A DNA stretch of 64,000 nt, from NCBI GenBank assembly GCA_965262855.1, contig OZ253563.1:546328-610327 (forward strand), read 5' to 3'. The notes below the pieces were generated by a model, which worked only from the letters and a program-made list of their open reading frames with translations, did not search any database and had not been told where the DNA came from. A program made the position numbers and the translations under genes. Positions 19,053-28,041 of the stretch are shown piece after piece; position 1 is the first letter of the stretch; each line of letters opens with the position of its first letter. The DNA comes from Arenicellales bacterium (GTDB lineage Bacteria; Pseudomonadota; Gammaproteobacteria; Arenicellales; JAJDZL01).

Positions 19053-20732
19053 ATGGAATCATTTACTGAATTGTTTGAGGAAAGCATCAAAGACACTGAA
19101 ATGCGGGCTGGCGAGGTAATACTCGGCAAAATTGTTCATGTCGGCAGAGAGAATGTCATCGTAAGTGCCGGATTGAAATCCGAAGCGGAAATTCCGCTGT
19201 GGCAGTTTAAAGACATGAAAGGCGAATTCAGCGTGAAAGTCGGTGACGAAGTAGAAGTTGAAATCGAAGCTGTAGAAGATGGAAATGGTCGTACACGTCT
19301 ATCAAGAGAAAAAGCATGCAGGGCTCGCGCTTGGGAGAAAATTGAAAAGGCTTTCGAAGATCAAAGCGTCATAACTGGACTGATCACGAGCCGAGTAAAA
19401 GGTGGATTTTCCATATCGATCGATAATATCCGAGCTTTCCTACCGGGCTCCCTCTATGGTTCCAGGATATCAATTGATGATGAAGAGTTTGAACTTGAGA
19501 CCGACCCTGTTGAATTTAAGATTATCAAACTCGACCGTGCCAGAAACAACGTTGTTGTTTCTCGTAAAGCCGTATTGGAAAAAGAATTGTCAGAAGAGCG
19601 AGATGCTCTTCTTTCTTCACTGGAAGAGGGTCAGACCATCGAAGGCGTGGTAAAGAATCTGACCGATTATGGAGCATTTATCAACTTGGGTGGCATCGAT
19701 GGGTTGCTGCATATTACTGATCTGGCGTGGAAGCGGATTAAGCATCCTTCGGATATTCTGACTATCGGCGAGACAATTAACGTCAGAGTTCTCAAGTGCG
19801 ACCGTGAACGCTCACGAATCTCGCTTGGCTTGAAGCAGTTGACTGAAGATCCGTGGTCGAATGTTAACAGGCGCTATAAGATTAGTGATCGTTTGTACGG
19901 TAAGGTCGCTAGTATTGCCGATTACGGTGCGTTCGTTGAAATTGAAGAAGGCATCAAGGGACTGGTGCACGTATCTGAAATGGATTGGACCTCTAAAAAT
20001 ATCCACCCTCATGCCGTTTACAGTATTGGAGATGAAGTAGAGGTGATGATCCTGTCAATCGACATGGAACGCCATCGAATTTCTCTTGGCATCAAACAGT
20101 GTATGCAGAATCCATGGGTAGATTTTGCTGCTAGCCACGAAAAAGGCGAAAGAATCAAAGGTGAAATCAAATCGCTGACTGACTTTGGAATCTTCGTATC
20201 GCTTGAGCAGGGAATCGACGGCCTTGTTCATATCAACGACCTCAGCTGGAATGATGATGGTGAAGAGCAGATCCGCAATTTCAATAAAGGTGATGACATT
20301 GAAGTTGTCATATTGACGATTGATGCTGAACGGGAGCGAATTTCATTGGGATTCAAGCAGATTCAAGAAGATCCATTTACCAGTTTCCTTTCGGAACACG
20401 GTAAAGGTGCAACTGTGCAAGGTATTGTTGCCGAAACCGATGATAGAGGGGTAACTGTGAAACTTTCGGCTGGTGTCTTTGGGGTAATTCGCAACATTGA
20501 GCTGGCCAAGAGCAAGCACAGAGAAGCGAAGGAAGCATTGGAAATTGATCAGGAAATCACCTCCAAAATTCTGAGCATTGATCGAAAAAATAGAAAAATC
20601 TCACTCTCAATTAAGACATTGGAACTGGATGCGGAAGGTCACGCATTCGAGGAATTTGCCACAGAAGAAGTTGCACCAGTACGGACACTAGGGGAGAAAC
20701 TGAAAGAGAAATTCTTCACATCTTCGGAGTGA
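19053..20732 (+). CDS. rpsA: 30S ribosomal protein S1
   Basis: The 559-aa product has six S1 repeats (for example DYGAFINLGGIDGLLHITD and DYGAFVEIEEGIKGLVHVSE). Confidence 0.95.
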   Translation: MESFTELFEESIKDTEMRAGEVILGKIVHVGRENVIVSAGLKSEAEIPLWQFKDMKGEFSVKVGDEVEVEIEAVEDGNGRTRLSREKACRARAWEKIEKAFEDQSVITGLITSRVKGGFSISIDNIRAFLPGSLYGSRISIDDEEFELETDPVEFKIIKLDRARNNVVVSRKAVLEKELSEERDALLSSLEEGQTIEGVVKNLTDYGAFINLGGIDGLLHITDLAWKRIKHPSDILTIGETINVRVLKCDRERSRISLGLKQLTEDPWSNVNRRYKISDRLYGKVASIADYGAFVEIEEGIKGLVHVSEMDWTSKNIHPHAVYSIGDEVEVMILSIDMERHRISLGIKQCMQNPWVDFAASHEKGERIKGEIKSLTDFGIFVSLEQGIDGLVHINDLSWNDDGEEQIRNFNKGDDIEVVILTIDAERERISLGFKQIQEDPFTSFLSEHGKGATVQGIVAETDDRGVTVKLSAGVFGVIRNIELAKSKHREAKEALEIDQEITSKILSIDRKNRKISLSIKTLELDAEGHAFEEFATEEVAPVRTLGEKLKEKFFTSSE

Positions 20733-20758
20733 TAAACTCAAACTAAAGGGATTCTAGA

Positions 20759-21058
20759 ATGACTAAACAGGAACTGATTAGCGCATTGGCAGAAGGTGAG
20801 GGCAGTGAACTGTCGAGAGAAGATGTACGCATGGCTGTAGATGTGATTCTAGACTGCATTTCTGATGGATTAGCAGAAGGGAAGCGAGTCGAAATTCGCA
20901 GGTTTGGAAGTTTGCAGTTGCGCTACCGAGAAGCAAGACGTGGACGAAATCCAAGAACCGGTGATTCGGTTACAGTCGAGGGAAAATATTTCCCTCGATT
21001 CAAGCCAGGTCGGAATCTGAGGGAGCGGGTGAACAACCCCTCGCAGGGTGTGGATTAA
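20759..21058 (+). CDS. ihfB: integration host factor subunit beta
   Basis: The 99-aa product reads MTKQELI...RFGSLQLRYREARRGRNPRTGDSVTVEGKYFPRFKPG. Confidence 0.9.
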   Translation: MTKQELISALAEGEGSELSREDVRMAVDVILDCISDGLAEGKRVEIRRFGSLQLRYREARRGRNPRTGDSVTVEGKYFPRFKPGRNLRERVNNPSQGVD

Positions 21059-21118
21059 TCGGGAGAGCGTTCCCGCAATCGCCTCTTCGTAATTGCTTCA
21101 TCTCTTTCTGAGGCTTGC

Positions 21119-21367
21119 TTGAAAAAGTTTATTCTTGCCGTTATCGTTGCGGTTGCTTTCTTTGTCGGGGTGACGTTTACGATCAAGAATTCGCAGGTTG
21201 TCGAGCTATCCTACTATTTTGGTATACATTGGAACGGCCCCCTGTCCTGGTTAGTCATTGTTGTATTTATTTTTGGCGTACTTACGGGAATACTGGTCTA
21301 TTTGACCGCTTCGCTTAAGAAAAAAATATTCTCCGACGCAAGTAGTTCAAGAAAGGGAGAGAGTTAA
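21119..21367 (+). CDS. lapA: lipopolysaccharide assembly protein A (DUF1049-type small membrane protein)
   Basis: The 82-aa product has two hydrophobic helices and lies directly upstream of lapB, as in E. coli. It starts with TTG, 5 nt after a GAGG. Confidence 0.6.
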   Translation: MKKFILAVIVAVAFFVGVTFTIKNSQVVELSYYFGIHWNGPLSWLVIVVFIFGVLTGILVYLTASLKKKIFSDASSSRKGES

Positions 21368-21371
21368 GTCC

Positions 21372-22568
21372 ATGGAACCGGCGTGGTTGATTTTATTACT
21401 GCCAATTGCGGCGGCATCCGGCTGGATAGCCGCAAACTCGTCTAAGTTCCAATGGCGAAGACGCAGCAAAATTCCATCTGTTTATTTGCAGGGCATTAAC
21501 TATCTGCTGAATGAACAGCACGACAAAGCGATTGAGCTTTTTCTCGATATGCTGGAAGTTGACAGTGAAACCATAGAAATTCATCTTACCTTGGGCAATC
21601 TGTATCGTCGACGAGGAGAGATTGAGCGTGCAACTCTGATTCATGAGAATCTAATAGATCGCTCTGACCTGACTGGCGAGCAAAAAGTTCAAGCGATTTT
21701 CGAACTGGGATATGATTTTTATACAGCTGGCATTCTGGACCGTGCAGAGAAGATTTTCACCGAGCTGTCCAAAAATGGAAGGTACCAGGAGCAGGCAAGC
21801 GAGATTCTTCGCGACATTTATGAGCAGGAAAAGGAATGGAATAACTGTATCAAGATTACCAATAATCTGAACCAAATTTCATCCAAAGATTATTCGCCTT
21901 TACTTGCGCAGTATTATTGCGAGAAAGCAGAGGAGGCGATTCGGGAAGGGCGCTACGATCAGGCTCAAGAGTACCTTAAGGAATCGACTTCAATCGATGC
22001 AAATTGCGTTCGTGCGATACTTCAATTGGGACGGGTTAAGGCAATTCGTGGAGATCACCAAGCGGCGATATTAATCTGGCGAACGATTGAGCAAAAGAAT
22101 CCGAAATTCGTCCCTGAAACGGTTGAGTTGGTGACCGAAAGTTACAGGGCTATTCATAAAACTGGCGAATTGACAGATTACTTGCGGGCGACTGCAGAGG
22201 CTGCATCAGATTCGGAGTTGGCAATTGCGTATGTTGATGCACTTGAAGCACAGAAAAAGGATGAATCTGCGGAAAAATATCTGATCAACTGGATTCGGAA
22301 TCATCCATCCGTTCATTGTCTGCATCGACTGATTCTTTTAAAGCTTAAGATGCCTGCTGGGTTAGTCCCGACCAGTGACTTCAAATTAATAGAGAAACTG
22401 ATACATCAAGAGATCGATACTGCGCGACGCTACAAATGCCAGAGATGTGGCTACTCAGTAAAGACACTGCACTGGCAGTGTCCAGGCTGTCGAGGCTGGA
22501 ATACAATCGTTGCAGACCGGCACTCGGAACTGCCAGCAAAATCAATTTCCTTGGAGACAGAAGTCTAG
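21372..22568 (+). CDS. lapB: lipopolysaccharide assembly protein B (TPR plus rubredoxin-type zinc finger)
   Basis: It has an N-terminal TM helix, TPR repeats and the C-terminal motif CQRCGYSVKTLHWQCPGCRGW. Confidence 0.85.
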   Translation: MEPAWLILLLPIAAASGWIAANSSKFQWRRRSKIPSVYLQGINYLLNEQHDKAIELFLDMLEVDSETIEIHLTLGNLYRRRGEIERATLIHENLIDRSDLTGEQKVQAIFELGYDFYTAGILDRAEKIFTELSKNGRYQEQASEILRDIYEQEKEWNNCIKITNNLNQISSKDYSPLLAQYYCEKAEEAIREGRYDQAQEYLKESTSIDANCVRAILQLGRVKAIRGDHQAAILIWRTIEQKNPKFVPETVELVTESYRAIHKTGELTDYLRATAEAASDSELAIAYVDALEAQKKDESAEKYLINWIRNHPSVHCLHRLILLKLKMPAGLVPTSDFKLIEKLIHQEIDTARRYKCQRCGYSVKTLHWQCPGCRGWNTIVADRHSELPAKSISLETEV

Positions 22569-22590
22569 AAAGCTTCGGCTAGCGGAATTC

Positions 22591-23382
22591 ATGAGTTCGA
22601 TGTCAATCGCGATTATCGGGGGTTCCGGTTCCGCCTTGTTGCTGCCAGACATGATAGTTGATGAACAAATCAACATCGCAACGCCATTCGGCAAACCATC
22701 TTCCCCCATCATTCGAGCCACTAGTAGTGGCGCTCAATTTTATCTTCTGTATCGACATGGAGTTGAACATTCCATCCCGCCCCACAAAATCAATTATCGT
22801 GCAAATATCTGGGCTTTGACAGAGCTTAGAATCGACGTGGTTGTAGCAATTGCCTCAGTTGGCGGAATACGCTCAAGCTTAAAACCAGGAGACCTGCTTT
22901 TACCCGATCAACTGATTGACTATACCTGGGGCCGAGAATCGACTTTCTTCGATGGGGAGGATGGCTCTGTCGGGCATCTTGAGATGACTACGCCTTACTC
23001 TGTCCAAGTAAGAAGCGCTTTGTTGAAAGCAGCTGATAATTGCGGCGTTGAACTAGCAGACGGTGGAGTTTACGCAGCTACACAGGGACCGAGATTTGAG
23101 ACGCCCGCAGAAGTGAACCGGATAGAAACAGATGGAGGCGACGTTGTTGGCATGACTGGTATGCCGGAAGCGGCACTTGCAGCCGAGAAGGGCTTGTGCT
23201 ATGCCTGTGTGACACTGATTGTAAATCCTGCAGCAGGGCGAGGTGACGGCCACATTACCGATGAGGAAATCAGACGCTCAATGGAGCGAGGGATTGGAAA
23301 TCTCAATATTCTGTTGCAAAAAACGCTTGATAGCGTAACTTTGTCGGAAAAATATTATTCCGAGTCTTTGGTTATGCGATAG
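22591..23382 (+). CDS. S-methyl-5'-thioinosine/5'-methylthioadenosine phosphorylase (PNP family)
   Basis: The sequence MSSMSIAIIGGSGS...PPHKINYRANIWAL...GVYAATQGPRFETPAEV...VGMTGMPEAALA closely resembles the Pseudomonas PA3004-type enzyme as I recall it. I prefer the internal ATG at 22591 to the ORF-track start at 22510, which overlaps lapB. Confidence 0.85.
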   Translation: MSSMSIAIIGGSGSALLLPDMIVDEQINIATPFGKPSSPIIRATSSGAQFYLLYRHGVEHSIPPHKINYRANIWALTELRIDVVVAIASVGGIRSSLKPGDLLLPDQLIDYTWGRESTFFDGEDGSVGHLEMTTPYSVQVRSALLKAADNCGVELADGGVYAATQGPRFETPAEVNRIETDGGDVVGMTGMPEAALAAEKGLCYACVTLIVNPAAGRGDGHITDEEIRRSMERGIGNLNILLQKTLDSVTLSEKYYSESLVMR

Positions 23383-23394
23383 CTCAAGATTGAG

Positions 23395-24066
23395 CTATTG
23401 CACATAAGATTCAGGTGATTTCAGTCGACTTGTCGTAAAAATCACGCCGAATTTCGGGTGATCAAAGTAGTGAACTTCGTCGATCTGAACTCTTCGACGT
23501 TCGTTGAGCCTGAATCTGGTTTTCCTTTCGTAGAGTGTCACTGATTCAGACAGGTAGACTGTTTCTTTGCTTATATCTGGAATCGGATTGTAAATCGCAT
23601 CAATTTCAAACTGCAACAGTTGCTGCACCTCATAGACGAGAATTTCCCCTGACAGCAAATATTGGGGAACAATCTGCAGTTCCGAGTGCTCAATGTCGAG
23701 TGGCACCGGTATGGTTCTTGATTTTCTCACTGGTTCCTGAGTCCAGCTCAGAAAATTCAAAAGTTCGTAATCAGGGTCATTTTCCAACAGTTTGGCAATT
23801 TTGGTGAGACGAGTCGCCTGCACTGGTATTGGTTGGGCACTGGAAGTTGGATTGTCGTTAGATGTGAAATTATCTTCGGTTGGAGCTTCAAATTCATCCA
23901 CCCTTATGAATGTGCCAGGCTGTTGAAACCATTCACTATCCTTTACTGAAGAGCTGTTGTTTGCAAATACTATCACTTCGATATGCACAGGCGAAGCTTT
24001 GGCTGTAACGGCTAAACCGAGTAATAGGCAGGCTGCAAGAATTTGTATTGTGCGAGCGAACGTCAT
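23395..24066 (-). CDS. secreted CsiV-like (peptidoglycan-binding family) protein
   Basis: It has a signal peptide (MTFARTIQILAACLLLGLAVTAKA), the motif HIEVIVFANN near the N-terminus and EVHYFDHPKFGVIF near the C-terminus. It sits between the phosphorylase and the mfd region, as in Pseudomonas. The family call is from memory. Confidence 0.5.
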   Translation of the reverse strand: MTFARTIQILAACLLLGLAVTAKASPVHIEVIVFANNSSSVKDSEWFQQPGTFIRVDEFEAPTEDNFTSNDNPTSSAQPIPVQATRLTKIAKLLENDPDYELLNFLSWTQEPVRKSRTIPVPLDIEHSELQIVPQYLLSGEILVYEVQQLLQFEIDAIYNPIPDISKETVYLSESVTLYERKTRFRLNERRRVQIDEVHYFDHPKFGVIFTTSRLKSPESYVQ

Positions 24067-24383
24067 GGATTTATGAAGGGCAATTCAAAGTCAAAGTGAA
24101 TCTCTATAAGAATTCGAAAGTCGTCTGAAACCTTAATATGGTGTTGTTATCATCTTCGTAGTTTCTGCTCTGGCCATTGAGTTGATGAAAACTAGTTCTG
24201 GCAAAAATCGGGGAGTAATTCATTATTGAAAAAACAAATTGCAAAATAGGGATAATAGCGTAATTCACGTAAACTTGGGACAATTTGTTTGGTGCGATAC
24301 TTCTACCAGGATTAGACCATTGCAGGTCCGAGTTTCTAAGGCTTTCAAAACATTCAATAGCTAACATTGATTAATATTTCAGC

Positions 24384-24932
24384 ATGACAACACAAAAAAT
24401 ACTCAAAATGGGCGATCCTCGTTTGTTTGAACAATCCAAGCCCGTAAATAAATCTGAATTGCCGGAACTGAAAGAGATTGTTACCGACATGATCGAAACT
24501 ATGAGCGCTGTTGATGGCGCTGGACTTGCAGCTCCGCAAATTGGAGTGATGAAGCGGGTAGTGATATTTGGTGTCGAAAACAATCCAAGATATCCCGACG
24601 CGGAGGAAGTACCGTTTACTGTCTTGGTCAATCCTGAAATTGAAGTGCTGGATGACGACATGCAGTACGGGTGGGAAGGGTGTCTCAGCGTGCCAGGAAT
24701 GCGAGGATTAGTGGCTCGAAATACAAATATTCGATATTCGGGAATTGATTTGAACGGCAATCCTATTGACAGGACAGTGACGGGGTTTCATTCTCGTGTT
24801 GTGCAGCATGAATGTGATCATCTTGATGGCATACTTTATCCAATGCGGATAGAAGATATGCGTAATTTTGGATTTGAAGATCAATTGGCAAATATTCAGG
24901 TTGATTGTCCACCGCCGAAGGGCTCGGATTAA
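24384..24932 (+). CDS. def: peptide deformylase
   Basis: It has the three PDF motifs [17 protein letters not shown] and HECDHLDG. Confidence 0.9.
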   Translation: MTTQKILKMGDPRLFEQSKPVNKSELPELKEIVTDMIETMSAVDGAGLAAPQIGVMKRVVIFGVENNPRYPDAEEVPFTVLVNPEIEVLDDDMQYGWEGCLSVPGMRGLVARNTNIRYSGIDLNGNPIDRTVTGFHSRVVQHECDHLDGILYPMRIEDMRNFGFEDQLANIQVDCPPPKGSD

Positions 24933-25145
24933 ACTACACATGTATGAAAACTAGCTGTGGTAGAGTTGACAGAGAATACGTAACTCTAATGGAACAGACT
25001 ATTCAGATGGGTTTTGCCAATGTACAGTGTGATAGTAATTCCTAGAGATGTCTCTTTTGTTGGCTGTCAAGATTTATTTGACGATCAATATAACCAAGCG
25101 GCAAATACATTGCGGCCAGAAAATTAAGGATGAGTAAATTTATTG

Positions 25146-25154
25146 TTGATATAT
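25146..25154. repeat. 9-bp target-site duplication TTGATATAT (left copy)
   Basis: The identical 9-mer at 26502-26510 directly flanks the other IS terminus. Confidence 0.85.
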
Positions 25155-26501
25155 CACTGGTGTCCCGTTTAAATATCGAATAAATTCAATTGCTTAGGCT
25201 GATCGACGAAGTACGTAGTGTAATCGAAAGCCGTAAGCAATTGATATAAAGTCGTTTTTTCGAACAAAGTGGTGTCTAGAATTTGTAATATTTTGTAGAG
25301 ACTGACATCCAAATTCATTCGTTTGCGGATGATTGCGATCAATACGTAAACCGAAATAGCGATCCAGATTTGGGTTTTTACCGCATTTTCAGTTCGACCG
25401 TAAAACTTTTTGATCCGCAGGTGTTGCTTTATCCATTTAAAAAACAACTCAACATGCCAACGGTTTTTGTACAGTTCTGCGATGGTCAGTGCCGGCAAAT
25501 AGGTATTGTTGGTGAGAAATACCAAAGTCTTGTCCCGGCTTCGGTCGTGGTATTTGATGCGCCTTAACTGATCCGGATAATGTTGTGCGGTATTCACTCC
25601 GGTCAAAGACACGGTTTGGTCGTAGATCAACCCTTCGCTGCGATCATTTCGATGCGAGTAGATGCGGCGCATTTGGGTATTGGTTTTGGCGCGTATGACA
25701 AAAAAGGAGCCAAGTTGATGCAACTCGTAGAGGCGTTCAAAATCCAGGTAGGCACGGTCCATCACGTAGATGGAACCGGCTTCCAGGGTCATTGCATCAA
25801 GAATGTTGACATCGTGAAGTTTGGCTTCAGTGATTTCAACGAATGTGGGTATGTTGCCTTGCAAATCCAGCAGAGTATGAACTTTGATGCCGGATTTGGT
25901 GGTACGAAACCGTGCCCAGGGAAATAACGACAAACACAAATCGATGGTGGAGGAGTCCAGTGCGTAGACGGTTTGGTCCAGGTCCATCTGGAAGTCCTCA
26001 TGGGTGTGCAGCCGTCGAGCCGAGGCAATCAGTCGCTGAGCAAAGTCAGCGTAGATGTGCCAATTTCTCTTTTCATTGGCTTTGGCCAAGGTGCTTTTCG
26101 AGATGCCGTTGGGGAAGCCGAGGTGATACAATTTTTCTGCATGGGCGCGCAGGCAGATTTCGATTTCCCGTAAACTGGTGCGGTGCGTTAGTTGTGCGAT
26201 GGCCATGGCGCGGAACTGTTGCGAGCATCGAAACGAGCGAACCTTGCGGTTGCCTCGGTAGCGTTGCACGCATCGGTCGAAAGTAGTCCAGGGTAAGTGT
26301 GTCATGATTTGTGAGAAGACAAATTGATCTTGATACATAGTCTGCGAATTCCTAATTGATAATGAACTGTGGCGGGGTGGTTGACAGTATGGCGATTTTG
26401 ACGCCGTTCACGTCAAGTCGACACCACCACAAAACAGGAGATTATTCTAATATTATCAATTAGATGAAAAGCATGTTTTGATCAATAACGGGACAGTAGT
26501 G
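25155..26501 (-). mobile_element. IS4-family insertion sequence (1347 bp)
   Basis: The terminal inverted repeats are CACTGGTGTCCCGTT (25155-25169) and the reverse complement of 26487-26501, CACTACTGTCCCGTT (13 of 15 identical). It has 9-bp direct repeats and a single transposase ORF. Confidence 0.85.
25169..26338 (-). CDS. IS4-family DDE transposase (DUF4372-type N-terminus)
   Basis: The 389-aa product begins MYQDQFVFSQIMTHLPWTTFDRCVQRYRGNRKVRSFRCSQQFRAMAIAQL... and has C-terminal ...YKNRWHVELFFKWIKQHLRIKKFYG. Both are typical of this IS4 subgroup. Confidence 0.85.
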   Translation of the reverse strand: MYQDQFVFSQIMTHLPWTTFDRCVQRYRGNRKVRSFRCSQQFRAMAIAQLTHRTSLREIEICLRAHAEKLYHLGFPNGISKSTLAKANEKRNWHIYADFAQRLIASARRLHTHEDFQMDLDQTVYALDSSTIDLCLSLFPWARFRTTKSGIKVHTLLDLQGNIPTFVEITEAKLHDVNILDAMTLEAGSIYVMDRAYLDFERLYELHQLGSFFVIRAKTNTQMRRIYSHRNDRSEGLIYDQTVSLTGVNTAQHYPDQLRRIKYHDRSRDKTLVFLTNNTYLPALTIAELYKNRWHVELFFKWIKQHLRIKKFYGRTENAVKTQIWIAISVYVLIAIIRKRMNLDVSLYKILQILDTTLFEKTTLYQLLTAFDYTTYFVDQPKQLNLFDI

Positions 26502-26510
26502 TTGATATAT
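26502..26510. repeat. 9-bp target-site duplication TTGATATAT (right copy)
   Basis: It is identical to 25146-25154. Confidence 0.85.
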
Positions 26511-26598
26511 ATAAATATTTCTCTTACACAGTTAACACCCGTAGTTGTATCATTTAGTCTTACTACTAACATTTAAAGATAATTTGAGGTACATGCTT

Positions 26599-27804
26599 AT
26601 GTCAAACGAAAAACCTAAATCAGATAACCTTGAGCATCAACTGGATCGCAGAGATTTTCTGAAAGCTTCAACTATATTGCCGACGACAGCAGCGCTAGGT
26701 GCGTTTGCCATGGCTGGCAATCAGGCAGCCTACGCGTATGGTACTTCCGATGCTGGGGAACGCTCAGGCTTGCACTCTTCCATGAGTGAGGAGGAAATTG
26801 CTGCACTTCCGCGTGTCAAGCAAGAACTTGTAGCACCACCAAATGCCCCGGAACATGAGCAGATCGCAAGCACCGGACCCAAAGTGGTTGAAGTGACGAT
26901 GGTTACTCATGAAATGCAATGGAAAGTAGATGATTCAGGTGCTGAAGTCTGGGCGCTTACATTCAATGGTTCTGTTCCAGGTCCGTTGATCATCTGTCAC
27001 GAAGGTGACTTTGTCGAACTGACGCTGATCAACCCCAAGGAGAGTGTATTGGAGCATAATATTGACTTCCATGCATCAACAGGTGCACTCGGAGGAGGCA
27101 CTCTTACACATGTGCAGCCGGGTGAGCAGACAGTGCTCCGATGGAGAGCAGTCAAACCAGGTGTATTCGTGTATCACTGTGCCCCAAGCGGAGTGATGAT
27201 TCCCTATCATGTTGTACACGGCATGAACGGTGCGCTAATGGTTTTACCGCGCGACGGTTTGAAGGATAAGGATGGCAACCAACTGAGTTACGATCAAATT
27301 TTCTATGTTGGTGAGCAGGATTTTTATATTCCGAAAGACGAGGACGGTAACTACAAGACGTATAGTGCGCCCCTCGCAAATTTTGGTGATGTTTTACCAT
27401 TGATGGCTAAATTGATTCCATCTCACGTAGTTTTCAACGGTAAAGTTGGCGCAATTACGGGTGACAATGCATTTAAGTCGAAAGTTGGCAGCACAGCGCT
27501 GTTCATCCATGCACAGTCAAACCGCGATTCACGTCCTCATCTGATAGGCGGTCACGGTGATTACGTCTGGGAAACTGGATCATTTTCCGATGATCCTGCG
27601 ACTGGATTGGAAACATGGTTCATACGAGGTGGTTCAGCTGGCGCTGCTTTGTATAAGTTTCGACAACCAGGCATCTATGTGTATCTCAGCCACAATCTGA
27701 TTGAAGCTATTCAGTTGGGAGCGGCATCACATGTTGTTGTCGAAGGTGACTGGGACGATGGTTTGATGAAACAGGTTCAGAAGCCGGGGCCGATGTCAGG
27801 CTGA
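26599..27804 (+). CDS. nirK: copper-containing nitrite reductase
   Basis: It has a Tat-type signal (DRRDFLKAS) and copper-ligand regions [15 protein letters not shown] and [26 protein letters not shown] chose the ATG at 26599, which lies 8 nt after a GAGGT. Confidence 0.9.
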   Translation: MSNEKPKSDNLEHQLDRRDFLKASTILPTTAALGAFAMAGNQAAYAYGTSDAGERSGLHSSMSEEEIAALPRVKQELVAPPNAPEHEQIASTGPKVVEVTMVTHEMQWKVDDSGAEVWALTFNGSVPGPLIICHEGDFVELTLINPKESVLEHNIDFHASTGALGGGTLTHVQPGEQTVLRWRAVKPGVFVYHCAPSGVMIPYHVVHGMNGALMVLPRDGLKDKDGNQLSYDQIFYVGEQDFYIPKDEDGNYKTYSAPLANFGDVLPLMAKLIPSHVVFNGKVGAITGDNAFKSKVGSTALFIHAQSNRDSRPHLIGGHGDYVWETGSFSDDPATGLETWFIRGGSAGAALYKFRQPGIYVYLSHNLIEAIQLGAASHVVVEGDWDDGLMKQVQKPGPMSG

Positions 27805-28041
27805 ATTCAGATTCCTGTGGGAGTTGAACGGATGAAGTGATGAGGCGATTGCCGGCACTGACAATTGTCTGTGTTATTGTTGGCTGCTTGGGTGCCGTGG
27901 CAGGTTTTGTATTTGCCAACTGGTACCCAGCATGTCACGGTAGGCGCCTCTGCTTCATTGCAAAGAGACGTATATTCTGGTGGTACTGGTGAATTAGAAC
28001 TTATCTACTCATTGATTCGGCTCACCCGGGAGGGAACAGAT

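Noticed and set aside
24104-24367. An 87-aa minus-strand ORF in the spacer between the CsiV-like gene and def.
   Set aside because: It has no RBS, no motif and a composition typical of AT-rich spacer DNA. It is more likely the divergent promoter region.
27840-27992. A 50-aa hydrophobic ORF (MRRLPALTIVCVIVGCLGAVAGFVFANWYPACHG...) just downstream of nirK.
   Set aside because: It has one plausible TM helix, but no Shine-Dalgarno sequence, no known nirK-associated family that I can name, and too little length to support a call. It is worth a TBLASTN check only.
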